IMG/VR virus record: IMGVR_UViG_3300015263_000944
Location: 171,395-235,394 of that record
Strand: one strand, 5' to 3'
DNA from: a virus
DNA: 64,000 nt
The translations under genes and the position numbers were made by a program. Under the pieces are notes generated by a model. It did no database searches and had not been told where the DNA came from. It saw nothing but the letters and a program-made list of their open reading frames with translations. Below are positions 29,392-38,365 of the stretch, piece by piece (positions within the stretch are counted from its first letter, which is position 1; each line of letters begins with the position of its first letter).

Positions 29392-32270
29392 AGATCCTCC
29401 AGAATGTCGAAGCCTTCTTCGAAGGTCAGGTCCGTCAGGATCGACTCATCGGGCTTCTCAGGCTTGGGTATCGTCTTCATTACTCTGATGCGATAATCCT
29501 CATCTTTCGGCGGCAGTGTGTTCCGCTTATGCTTCGGAACGCTGTCGAAGGTGAAAGTGTTATATCCACCAGATGGGGGCCTCATGCGAACTTTCAGCAG
29601 AGCACCCTTCTTCAATTCGTCCTGCCATCTGGTGTAGTCGTCTGACCAGATATTCATCTTGGCCTGCCGACTATTCGCATCCTCAAATTCAACAGAGTAA
29701 AAAACGACACCATTCTTGCTGGTTCTTTTCCGAACCGACAAGATCTTCACTTCGATGGGCGCAGGGGCGTCACCATCTTTGTCGCATTCTTCAAGGAAGT
29801 AGTCGATGGTGCGACCAGTGAAATCTGGACTCGATTCCAATTCATGATTCCATTGGAAACCATAGTATTGAGACTCGGCCATCGGATATGTCCGCTGGTC
29901 AAAGACCATCATGTAGTCATTCAGCACGGCTACTTCTTCTTCGTCCAACTTCACCGACGCCGCATTGAACCCATCCATCGTGATCGGATTCTCATCATCG
30001 TCCTTCTCATTCTCCTCGAATCGACGCACGCTGGTTGCTCGTTTGTTCGACAAATCGCTGAGCATCTTCGCCACAGAAACCTGTCGCACTCGATCCTCAC
30101 CCTTGTACTTGTAGGGCACGTCACGGACGATATGTTCAAAGCGTTCTTCCCAGAGCTTCTCAGCCTCTTCAGTGAAGCGAGCCATCTTATCGAAGTCGGG
30201 ATCGCTCTCAGTGATCTCAGTGAGAAGCAACTCACGCAATTCTTCATCCTTCTTGACCATCGAGCCTTCGAAGCGTTGTTGACGCTGCCGACGCTTGGTG
30301 ATTTTGTCTTTGAAGAACTCATGGAACTTCCGCAAATGTTCTCTGTCATAGTGCGGCTCCAGTTCGTCGAACACGCCCAGAGCGATGAGGGCTTTGAGCG
30401 GCGCACCATCCGTTCCAAATTTTGTAAGGAAGTCCGGGAAGTCCTTGTACGGCTGATTCTCCACGATGCGATCAGCCACCGCTTCCCCGATGCCCTTGAT
30501 GTTCTTGAATCCGAAGTAGACCTTCCCATCAGCGATGTTGAAGTTCATCTTCGACTTGTTGATGTTCACCGGACAAACCTCAATGCTATGTTTCTTGGCA
30601 TCCAGTTTGTACTCACGGAACTTCTCGTGATCCTTCTCACACATCAGCGTGGCTGCATAGAACTCCAGAGGATAATGCGCCTTCAAATACAGCAGTCGTG
30701 ACGAGATGTAGGTGTAAGCACAAGCATGGGACCGGTTGAACCCGTATTCGGCGAATGACTCAATTTGATCCCAGAGATCACTGACGAACTCCAGATTCGC
30801 CCCGAGGTTCTTCTGGCCGTTCGTCAAGAACATCTCTTTGTACTTGGCGAACTGAGACACCTTCTTCTTTGAGATGGCTTTACGCACTTTCTCAGTGTGC
30901 ATGTCAGGAATGTTCCCGACGATACGCAAGATGTCCATGACTTGTTCTTGGTACACAAGAACGCCGTAGGTCTTGCCGAGACTTTGTTCCATGATCGGAT
31001 GGATGTTATATGGCTCGCCGCCCTCACGGTCGCCATCACGCCACTTCTTGCGTTTGCAGTAGCGGGCGTCCATCCCCATGTTCAACGGGCCGGGACGATA
31101 GAGAGCCGAATAGGCCACCAGATCTTCGAAGCTGGTCACACCACCACGCTTCACCAGCTTGCGAATACCTTCGCCGTCAAACTGGAAGATACATCGCAGG
31201 TCGGCTTTGTTAGCCATCTCAATCGCAGCAGGATCATTGAGATAAGAGATGTCAGACCAATCGGTGTCCCCCTCTCTGGCACAGATGGATGTAAGACCAT
31301 ATCGCTTCTTCACGAGTTCTGCCGCCAGAGCGATCTGCATGAGGTTGTTGATGACCAGAAGGTCGAACTTGATCAAGCCCACCGGCCCAAGGTCTTGATG
31401 GGCGAGGCCCTCAGACCATGCCGAGCAGATTACACCGTTGGGATGCTGCTTGTTGACCTTCCGCACTTCGAGCGGCACGAAACCATCGATTCGCTTACTG
31501 GAGATAATCAGACCTCCAGCATGGACGCCAGAGTGAGTGTTGCGGCCCTGAAAGAGTTTTGCCGCTTCGGCGATCTCTGGGTTCTCTTCGCAGTAGAGGG
31601 CAAACTTCACATATGCGGTGTCGGCAGGGACGCTGCCTTTGGCTTTCCGAAGTTCAGAGAACTTCTGAACCCAATCCACATCGCCGGTCTCCAACTCCTT
31701 CTTAATCTCATCCTGCTCTTCTTTGGTGGCGATCTGGAAGGTGGCGATTTCAAAGATCTTGTCCCACTCCAGCGGCTTGCCGTCGTCATCCTTATCTTCA
31801 AGCATCGACGTGATGCCTTGAATCTCATGAATGTCAGCCCCATGCACACGGGCCATATCCAAGATGGATGACTTGATGCCCGCCGTTCCGTAGGTGCCGA
31901 TCTCACAAACCTTCTCTTGGCCGTAGGCTTGAGCCGCCCACTGCTCTTTGAGGTAGTCTCGCACCGGCTTCAAGAAGTCGATGTCGATATCGGGGAACTC
32001 GCCCTGAATCCAAGTGTTGGGCCGCTCGATGTCGAACTGTCCTGTGAGATCCAACAGGTAGTCGATGAGGTTGTTGTGTTCGTTCTCTGGGAAGATTAAG
32101 TTTTCCGCCCGAAACTTATCGTGAAGGCCAAGAAGGTACTCATGCTCAGCCTGAGCATCGATTTCCTTAAGCTCTGACTTCAGCCGTTCCTTGTACCTGA
32201 CATCCTGCATCAAGCCTCGCTTCTCCATAGATGCAAGGCACAAGCGGATTAGCTTGTCTCGTTCCTTCAT
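29388..32270 (-). CDS. dnaE: DNA polymerase III alpha (DnaE-type) polymerase core, C-terminal fragment of a split gene
   Basis: EFPDIDIDF catalytic motif about 100 aa from start; GLIKFDLLVINNLMQIALAAELV (GLLKMDFLGL-like); length 960 aa matches the palm/thumb/fingers/OB region. Confidence 0.85.
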   Translation of the reverse strand: MKERDKLIRLCLASMEKRGLMQDVRYKERLKSELKEIDAQAEHEYLLGLHDKFRAENLIFPENEHNNLIDYLLDLTGQFDIERPNTWIQGEFPDIDIDFLKPVRDYLKEQWAAQAYGQEKVCEIGTYGTAGIKSSILDMARVHGADIHEIQGITSMLEDKDDDGKPLEWDKIFEIATFQIATKEEQDEIKKELETGDVDWVQKFSELRKAKGSVPADTAYVKFALYCEENPEIAEAAKLFQGRNTHSGVHAGGLIISSKRIDGFVPLEVRKVNKQHPNGVICSAWSEGLAHQDLGPVGLIKFDLLVINNLMQIALAAELVKKRYGLTSICAREGDTDWSDISYLNDPAAIEMANKADLRCIFQFDGEGIRKLVKRGGVTSFEDLVAYSALYRPGPLNMGMDARYCKRKKWRDGDREGGEPYNIHPIMEQSLGKTYGVLVYQEQVMDILRIVGNIPDMHTEKVRKAISKKKVSQFAKYKEMFLTNGQKNLGANLEFVSDLWDQIESFAEYGFNRSHACAYTYISSRLLYLKAHYPLEFYAATLMCEKDHEKFREYKLDAKKHSIEVCPVNINKSKMNFNIADGKVYFGFKNIKGIGEAVADRIVENQPYKDFPDFLTKFGTDGAPLKALIALGVFDELEPHYDREHLRKFHEFFKDKITKRRQRQQRFEGSMVKKDEELRELLLTEITESDPDFDKMARFTEEAEKLWEERFEHIVRDVPYKYKGEDRVRQVSVAKMLSDLSNKRATSVRRFEENEKDDDENPITMDGFNAASVKLDEEEVAVLNDYMMVFDQRTYPMAESQYYGFQWNHELESSPDFTGRTIDYFLEECDKDGDAPAPIEVKILSVRKRTSKNGVVFYSVEFEDANSRQAKMNIWSDDYTRWQDELKKGALLKVRMRPPSGGYNTFTFDSVPKHKRNTLPPKDEDYRIRVMKTIPKPEKPDESILTDLTFEEGFDILEDL

Positions 32271-32283
32271 GGTTCGACCTTCC

Positions 32284-33312
32284 CTAGTCGTAATAGTCTG
32301 GCGGTACTTCTGGTTTACCGAAGCCTATGTTCCCTTCAAAGTCTTTGTCTTGGACGGGTTCCTTCATTTTCTGAAGGGTCTTGATGGCTTCATCGTATTC
32401 GTCGCCAATGATCACCACTGCCACAAAGAGTTCTTTAAGGTGGGCCAGCGACATCTCGTCAGTATCCTTTACCCACTGATTTAAGTCAATGTCGAGTTTG
32501 GAGATGTTCTCTTCGCCAATGAGGTGCTTAAAGTAAATCTCTCGTGATTCCGCAGTTGGGAAGCCGATGCGGAATCGTTTGTCGAATCGACTGGGCCGAT
32601 TCATGATGCGAGGTTGAAGAGCGTGCGGATAGTTGGTGGTCGCCAAGAATATCGTTTTGTCAACTTCGTTGGCTCCATCAAGGAGATTTAAGATCTCCGA
32701 TTCATTGTGCATTTCAAGAAGAGCGTCCAAGTCTTCCATCACAACAACGACTGGCGTGTCTGACTGGATTTGCTTCAGTTTGCGATAGCCCTCAACAAAG
32801 AGATATGGCTCTTGGAATTCAAGGACCACGCCGCCACGCTTCACCACATCTTGCATGATGAACTGAACGGTGCTGCTCTTGCCGCTCCCCGGAGGCCCAT
32901 GAAGAATGATGCCTCTCTTGTAGGTGATGCCATATTCCCTGAAGACATTTTCTCTGTCCCAGAACTTCTGTACTTCGCTGATCACACGATCCGACTTTGT
33001 GTCAGGAAACCTTAAGAGACCCTCTGTTTTTACAGGAATCTTTTCGAAGAAGATGCCCACGTTGGGGGCACTCTTAATCTCATAGACTCCCGGCACCAGC
33101 CTGTCCACAGTGCGACTGGATGGGACAAAGATGCGATTGTCCGAAGTGGACCATTGACAGTATGTTTGTTCGATATCTTTTTCTTCTTCATCAACAGAGC
33201 AGTTTCCGTAAGCTGGCATAGCATTCCTCCTTGATTTGGCACGGGGAGCCTTCCCCATCTTGTCTAGGGTTCTCAGAGCCTTCCTGAATCTCTCATCCAA
33301 ACTTTTAGACAC
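32284..33312 (-). CDS. AAA-family ATPase
   Basis: Walker A GPPGSGKS; Walker B VVVMEDLD; SRH-like NRPSRFDKRFRIG. Confidence 0.75.
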   Translation of the reverse strand: MSKSLDERFRKALRTLDKMGKAPRAKSRRNAMPAYGNCSVDEEEKDIEQTYCQWSTSDNRIFVPSSRTVDRLVPGVYEIKSAPNVGIFFEKIPVKTEGLLRFPDTKSDRVISEVQKFWDRENVFREYGITYKRGIILHGPPGSGKSSTVQFIMQDVVKRGGVVLEFQEPYLFVEGYRKLKQIQSDTPVVVVMEDLDALLEMHNESEILNLLDGANEVDKTIFLATTNYPHALQPRIMNRPSRFDKRFRIGFPTAESREIYFKHLIGEENISKLDIDLNQWVKDTDEMSLAHLKELFVAVVIIGDEYDEAIKTLQKMKEPVQDKDFEGNIGFGKPEVPPDYYD

Positions 33313-33375
33313 ACCTGCCTCCGTGCATAGATACCGTAGTATAAGAAACTACGGATTATCCGGCAAGGAGAATAT

Positions 33376-33753
33376 ATGGCCCTAGAATACAAGCTGGAAT
33401 TCAACACACCAAGCGGTGCTGCTGATGATTCCGTGTACATCCATCTGAGAGTTGACCCTGTTTATCGCACCAGAATTGGCAAAGAAGCCTATTCGCTGCT
33501 CGACGCCGCAGACAAACAACCCCTGATTACAGAGCTTTTTGACATCGCTGGCGTCGTGGAAATCTCCACCAAGGCTCACCGAGTCTGGCTGATGAAGTCG
33601 CCTATCTTTTCTTGGCAAGAAGTGTTGCAGCCGGTACTCTTCTTGTTAAGAGACCGATTTGGAGAAACATCGATCTCGCCACTGCCGGGATCTGCTGAAA
33701 TCGATGGCTCTGGATTGCGACTAGACTCGGACACGAATCGGAGAACAATATGA
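33376..33753 (+). CDS. Hypothetical protein, possible Nfu/NifU N-terminal-like domain
   Basis: PLITELFDIAGVVEIS...HRVWLMKSPIFSWQEVLQPVLFLL loosely resembles the Nfu_N pattern (LFxIxGVxxVF...FITVTK..W..L.P.I...I..F). Confidence 0.3.
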   Translation: MALEYKLEFNTPSGAADDSVYIHLRVDPVYRTRIGKEAYSLLDAADKQPLITELFDIAGVVEISTKAHRVWLMKSPIFSWQEVLQPVLFLLRDRFGETSISPLPGSAEIDGSGLRLDSDTNRRTI

Positions 33754-34310
33754 CAGAACTGCTCCCCGGACCTTGGGTTGGACACGAACAGGATTTCGAC
33801 AGAATACGACCCCAGATCCCAGAACAGGGAGATATCATCGAGTTTGGTGTCTTCCAAGGCGGCACCACTCGACAACTGGCAACTTGGGGTCGCCGTGTCT
33901 GGGCACTGGATACCTATGGCGGAATGCCAAGTGAAGACTTCAGTGCCGAACATGGCGATCACGATTTGCCGGGCAAGTTCAACCCGTCAGAAGGCCCATG
34001 GGGCGAAATGAGCGTTTGGAGAATGTTCAAGGATTTCCCAAACATCTGTCCGCTCAAGGGTCGATTTGTAGAGACCCTACCTATCATTCCACCAAGTATC
34101 CAGATTGCCTTTGCTTATATGGATTGTGATCTGTACGAATCATACCATCAGGCTTTCTCGTGGCTGGAGAAGCATCTAATGCCGAAAGCCCACGTTTTGA
34201 TCGATGATTACGGGGCCTGTGCTGGCTGCCGCAAAGCTGTTGACGAATGGTCGGCAGATAAGCCTATCGAATGGATCATCGCCTGCAAGCACTTCATTTG
34301 GAAACAATAA
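33750..34310 (+). CDS. Class I SAM-dependent O-methyltransferase (TylF/MycF-like)
   Basis: IIEFGVFQGGTT (motif I), LDTYGGMP, AYMDCDLYESY, DDYGACAGCRKAVDEW. Confidence 0.7.
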   Translation: MTELLPGPWVGHEQDFDRIRPQIPEQGDIIEFGVFQGGTTRQLATWGRRVWALDTYGGMPSEDFSAEHGDHDLPGKFNPSEGPWGEMSVWRMFKDFPNICPLKGRFVETLPIIPPSIQIAFAYMDCDLYESYHQAFSWLEKHLMPKAHVLIDDYGACAGCRKAVDEWSADKPIEWIIACKHFIWKQ

Positions 34311-35082
34311 CTTGACGAGGCACCTTTCCCTCATCCCACAACGACTGAATGGGAGAGATGATTGATGGCAAAGATGGATCTCCATAGACCCTGAATACTG
34401 TTGGGAAATGCTGAAGATACAACGCCGAGTATTCATCCAGATAGTCCTCGATGGTACAATCTGTCATCAAAAACCCCTCTGAGAACATCCGTTGTCCATT
34501 ATCTTGATGGTGAAGCAGTTCGCCAAAGCGTTTCTTGACTTTCTCTAGCGACCTATAATGGCATATGCCATTGGAAACAGCCGCCCCTTTCGTTTGGACA
34601 ACAATAGTCTGCCTTTTCTTTCCACGCATAATTTTTTTGGAGAAATACATCGGCCCACAAACACTACACAAGTAATCACACCTTTTGTTCTCCAACATCC
34701 TAATCAATTCTGCATCAAATCCATTCAGAGTCGGGATGTAGTCGTCCTCCATCAAGATGTAGTAGTCAAACTGAGAGCCGTACTGATCAAAGATGCGGGA
34801 GTATTGGCCGTATGAGTAGCCCTTGTTTGGAGTGCGGACAACATGAATAGGGACACCTGACTTCAGTTGAGACAGGCTATTCATGAATGAAGTGTATCTC
34901 CCGCTCTCCTTTGGATTCTCGGGCCAACCCACTGTGATTTGATCCAGATTGTGTTGAATCGAATCTAAGCGGGCCAGATGTTCTTCGATGTAGCAACGCC
35001 TTTCATCGAAACCGCATCTGACTCGCTTGCCGCTCCATGTGGCAATCATGTAGTTTGTACGCATATCGTATGTACGATACAA
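34294..35082 (-). CDS. Hypothetical protein (possible glycosyltransferase-like)
   Basis: ORF track; MEDDY acidic motif only. Confidence 0.4.
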   Translation of the reverse strand: MYRTYDMRTNYMIATWSGKRVRCGFDERRCYIEEHLARLDSIQHNLDQITVGWPENPKESGRYTSFMNSLSQLKSGVPIHVVRTPNKGYSYGQYSRIFDQYGSQFDYYILMEDDYIPTLNGFDAELIRMLENKRCDYLCSVCGPMYFSKKIMRGKKRQTIVVQTKGAAVSNGICHYRSLEKVKKRFGELLHHQDNGQRMFSEGFLMTDCTIEDYLDEYSALYLQHFPTVFRVYGDPSLPSIISPIQSLWDEGKVPRQVIVSK

Positions 35083-35100
35083 ATTTTGGACTGGCGCACG

Positions 35101-35139
35101 AAAAAACCCGCTTCCCCTTTGCTGTTGGGGAAGCGGGTT
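35101..35139 (-). terminator. Rho-independent terminator downstream of tmRNA (13-bp stem AACCCGCTTCCCC/GGGGAAGCGGGTT)
   Basis: On the minus strand the stem is followed by UUUUUU (plus 35101-35106 AAAAAA). Confidence 0.6.
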
Positions 35140-35152
35140 CTTCTAACTTGAG

Positions 35153-35532
35153 TGGACCGGACGGGATTCGAACCCGTGTCTTGCTCTGCCGTCAAAGCGG
35201 CGTCTACGATCATGTCTCTCGATTTGAGTTGTCGGCCAGCCGGTCGCTCATGAGAGCACAGCTACCATGCCAGCTTAGTCGATTTGAGTTTCGCCCATCT
35301 CTCCTACGACTCGGAGATTCAGGACTATCCTGATGGCGGTACGTCGCAGACCTATCAGGCATCGGTCATTGACGCTTCGGACGGGCCTAGCCCGTCACTG
35401 CTTACGCAGCCATGCGAAGAGGAGTCGAAGTTTCGACAATTATGGTTTTGAATGACTTTTAACGTGGCCCGTCATTCAACCACGGATCGCAGCCATCTTC
35501 TCAGAACAGCCAATCGATTCCAATTCCAGCCC
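35153..35532 (-). ncRNA. ssrA: tmRNA (ssrA), one-piece, about 380 nt
   Basis: Minus strand: 5' GGGCUGGAAUUGGAAUCGAUUGG (cf. E. coli GGGGCUGAUUCUGGAUUCGACGGG). 3' ...ACGGGUUCGAAUCCCGUCCGGUCCA with T-loop GGUUCGAAUCC. Acceptor stem GGGCUGG/CCGGUCC includes G3-U70 and discriminator A. Putative tag ORF GUC|GAA ACU UCG ACU CCU CUU CGC AUG GCU GCG UAA (ETSTPLRMAA) at 35402-35434, preceded by CAAAACCAUAAUUGUC like E. coli CAAAAAAUAGUC. Confidence 0.7.
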
Positions 35533-35854
35533 AAGTTTTCAAAGATCAAGCCACCAGCCTGCCTTACCTGCACGTTGCCATCGTGTGCTATAGTCAGGGA
35601 GCCCCTGCCGTCATCGCAGTTCTCCCTCCAAGCCGAGGCGACCGGCTTTTCAGGTATGCAGACACCTTCACAGCCTTGCGGCTCCAGCGGGTGACTAAAT
35701 CCAGTTTTGCCTCGGAGAGCACTGCCGAAGGACGGAAACTGGAAACATCCCTTCGATCACGGCTCTTTCCCCGAGGGGCCTGTACGCTAGGCTCTCCCCT
35801 TTCGGGGTCGCTTCGGTCAGGTACTCTACATAGTATGGCACGGCCCGATTTCAG

Positions 35855-36082
35855 TCAAGCCGCTTCCCACATTTTCCTGCACTTGTCGAGCAGTGCGGGG
35901 TCTTTCGGAATTGCCTTGCGGATCTTCCCTTCTGTCTTGGCCTTCTCCATCGGGCAAGGATCGGTGTCCTTGTGGCGTCGGGGATTCCGGCACTCGCAAT
36001 GGCATCGAAACTTGCACCGAGGCGGCTCCTCAAAGAGTTGCCAATCGACCACGAAGACAGGTAGCATTTTGCATGTCAACAT
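35855..36082 (-). CDS. Small Cys-rich hypothetical protein (75 aa)
   Basis: Strong RBS GGAGGTG 6 nt before ATG; CKFRCHCECRNPRRHKDTDPC. Confidence 0.4.
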   Translation of the reverse strand: MLTCKMLPVFVVDWQLFEEPPRCKFRCHCECRNPRRHKDTDPCPMEKAKTEGKIRKAIPKDPALLDKCRKMWEAA

Positions 36083-36145
36083 GATGCACCTCCGTTTGTG
36101 CGAGTTTCTTAATCATCTGTAATATAGCACAAACGAAAGAAAAAG

Positions 36146-36460
36146 TCAGTCCCACTTGGCAACCATCTCTTCTAAGGTTTCCGGCTTCAAAAAGCGGTCG
36201 CCCATACGGTCACGAAGACGAGGAGATGCAGAAGAGTCCTCTGCACTGATCATGAAGTTGAGCGGCACCAGCGAGAAATCGTCTGGCGTGAGTTTGCGGC
36301 CCAAACGATTCTCCAGACAGCCAATGCACAAGAAGTGTGCGAAACCGGCGTGCATGGCGGAAACCCATACATGGTGTTCGACCATGTACCATTCGCCAAT
36401 GCCACCATCACGAGAACATGTTTCTACCCGACAATCGTGACATCGTGAATCAGGATACAT
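36146..36460 (-). CDS. Hypothetical protein
   Basis: ORF track. Confidence 0.35.
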   Translation of the reverse strand: MYPDSRCHDCRVETCSRDGGIGEWYMVEHHVWVSAMHAGFAHFLCIGCLENRLGRKLTPDDFSLVPLNFMISAEDSSASPRLRDRMGDRFLKPETLEEMVAKWD

Positions 36461-36683
36461 GACGCATCCTTACTACGAGCAGGAAACAAAGCCAAGCGAT
36501 CCCTGCCAGCGAATGCGGGTATCCAACATTAGCCAAAACGATTCCGGGAGTCACGAGAGCCATGGCGATAAAAAATCTCATCGGCTCCTGAGTCCTGTCG
36601 TAACTTCTGTTCAGCTTCGAGAACACGGGGATCATCCTCATCAACGAGCAGGTGCCATCCCACCCACAATGCAAAACATACAA
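36450..36683 (-). CDS. Small membrane protein (two predicted TM helices)
   Basis: Hydrophobic segments FIAMALVTPGIVLANV and LAGIAWLCFLLVV; overlapping alternative ORF 36529-36777 is also hydrophobic. Confidence 0.3.
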   Translation of the reverse strand: MYVLHCGWDGTCSLMRMIPVFSKLNRSYDRTQEPMRFFIAMALVTPGIVLANVGYPHSLAGIAWLCFLLVVRMRHVS

Positions 36684-36710
36684 CTCCGCTAATGATCAAC
36701 CAAGCAATCG

Positions 36711-37382
36711 TCAGGGGTAGAAACGAAGCGTTTCCCAACATGACCAAGCACACCATGACGGCCTCCGAGCCCACCAAGCGGCGGATCTTTCACACCAGCT
36801 TTTCTTCTCCGAATCTCTAAGAACCACATGGTATTGTTTGCCTAGCTGGTGATGGCAAACCCTGAGCAAACCATGCAGGTCTCCCGGCGAGATGGTACGG
36901 TTTGGGGCCGAAAAATCTCTTCGCCCTGTCGCTTCAATAGCAGCGGCGCACATCTCAGAGCAATGTGTACCATTTGTCTGCACATTCCGCAAGTAGCCCC
37001 GGACGGAGTACCGGCGTCCCACTTGAGTCTCCAGAAACTCTTTCATTTTGGAGACTTCTGCATCCGAATATGGCCTGTTCGGCGTGACCACTGTGACCAA
37101 AGCTGGGCTCTGTGGATGTGACGTGTTGTAGTCACCCATGGCCGTCAGCCATTCCTCAATGGTGTATCTCTTCACAACAGGCGGCTCGGCTTCATAGACC
37201 CATGTTTTGTCACCATATTTGACGACGACAGCAACATGGCTGAATGACGACTTCGTGTAACACTCGACGAGGTTGTGGCTGTTCTGGACGAACAGCATGT
37301 CGCCGCTGTGCAGGTTGTCTGAAAAGGCATGAACAGGTGCAGCGAAAAGAAGAATCGCTGCGATGACTTGTAGGAATCGCAT
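36711..37382 (-). CDS. Secreted permuted papain-fold (NlpC/P60 superfamily, YiiX/C92-like) putative amidase
   Basis: Signal peptide MRFLQVIAAILLFAAPVHA; SHVAVVVKYGDKTWVYEAEP and HCSEMCAAAIEATG resemble the YiiX-family His...Cys permuted catalytic motifs. Confidence 0.5.
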   Translation of the reverse strand: MRFLQVIAAILLFAAPVHAFSDNLHSGDMLFVQNSHNLVECYTKSSFSHVAVVVKYGDKTWVYEAEPPVVKRYTIEEWLTAMGDYNTSHPQSPALVTVVTPNRPYSDAEVSKMKEFLETQVGRRYSVRGYLRNVQTNGTHCSEMCAAAIEATGRRDFSAPNRTISPGDLHGLLRVCHHQLGKQYHVVLRDSEKKSWCERSAAWWARRPSWCAWSCWETLRFYP

Positions 37383-37446
37383 CGCTACCTCCGTGAATAA
37401 GTATGCACGAAACGATTATTGCAAAATTTGGAACAGAAACCAAGAG

Positions 37447-38106
37447 TCATTTCTGAATGACTGCCTCGATACTGTACTCCCCGACAGGATGTTGATCGGG
37501 GGCCACGAGATGATTGTAGCCCTCATCAATCACTCGAAAGTCCACGATGTTCGCATTGGGGATCGCTTCCAAAATAACTCTTTTGAGACTCTTGGTGCAT
37601 GGCGGCTCATCTGTCTCGGGCAGCCAGAAATACTTGTGATCTGGGTTCCATTGGCTCGGGAGCATCTTTCGCTTCTCATATAGGTCTCTATGGGGGATCG
37701 AAATAATCAGGTGCCCACCCGGCTTGACCAACTCAAACCAACGTGCCAACGCCTTCTCTGGGAACTTCATGTGTTCCAAAACGTGACTGGCATAAACTGT
37801 CCAGTATGTGTCGTTTGGAAAATCATACATGAATTGTGCGTCACCGTCACCAAATGCCATATCGAAACGACGAAATGTCTTGTTCACCGGATCTTGCGAG
37901 CAACCAATGTCCAACCCGAGCTTGTCTTCGGGACAATACTTCTCATACCAACCTTCTCTCAAACGTCTCTCCCGAGCACGACTGGTTTCTCCGTTAAAAA
38001 AATTTGCCATATAATCTCCTATCGCTGGCGAAAACTTGTGTTCCCATTCTTCCAAATTCTCGTCATCTGGGATGTGCCCTCCCATGTGAACGGCTTTGAA
38101 TGTCAT
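37447..38106 (-). CDS. Class I SAM-dependent methyltransferase
   Basis: LDIGCSQDP (motif I), LVKPGGHLIISIP; start at MTFKAV after GGAGG. Confidence 0.65.
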   Translation of the reverse strand: MTFKAVHMGGHIPDDENLEEWEHKFSPAIGDYMANFFNGETSRARERRLREGWYEKYCPEDKLGLDIGCSQDPVNKTFRRFDMAFGDGDAQFMYDFPNDTYWTVYASHVLEHMKFPEKALARWFELVKPGGHLIISIPHRDLYEKRKMLPSQWNPDHKYFWLPETDEPPCTKSLKRVILEAIPNANIVDFRVIDEGYNHLVAPDQHPVGEYSIEAVIQK

Positions 38107-38182
38107 GACGCCTCCTTTCTTTAATAACAGAGTCTCGCCGCCAAATTTCCCTTCCAAAGTCTAAATATGGTGGAGGTGTGAT

Positions 38183-38356
38183 ATGCCACTACAACGAGAT
38201 CACGAAAACAAAATGATTCTTGGCGTCTGTGCAGGACTTGCCAAAGAAATGAACATCGATCCCACAGTCATGCGGTTGATTTTCGCCGTTGCAACTTTGA
38301 TGGGTTTTGGATTGCCGATTTTGATCTACATCATTCTGGCAATCGTCATGAAATAA
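38183..38356 (+). CDS. PspC-domain small membrane protein (57 aa)
   Basis: Hand-translated: MPLQRDHENKMILGVCAGLAKEMNIDPTVMRLIFAVATLMGFGLPILIYIILAIVMK matches the PspC domain (R.I.GVC.GLA.y..iDp.lvRl.f). GGAGG RBS. Below the ORF-track cutoff. Confidence 0.55.
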   Translation: MPLQRDHENKMILGVCAGLAKEMNIDPTVMRLIFAVATLMGFGLPILIYIILAIVMK

Positions 38357-38365
38357 GGAGAAACC

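Noticed and set aside
29844-31871. Two long plus-strand ORFs (285 and 324 aa)
   Set aside because: Antisense shadow ORFs within the well-supported dnaE C-fragment.
35583-36122. 179-aa plus-strand ORF across the tmRNA upstream region
   Set aside because: Arg/Ser/Leu-rich, no RBS; overlaps the GC-rich structured region and the better-supported minus-strand Cys-rich ORF.
37447-38157. MTFKAVHMGG N-terminus as another member of the CTS-like family
   Set aside because: Lacks the aromatic residue and the Glu at position 9-10; it is an ordinary methyltransferase start.
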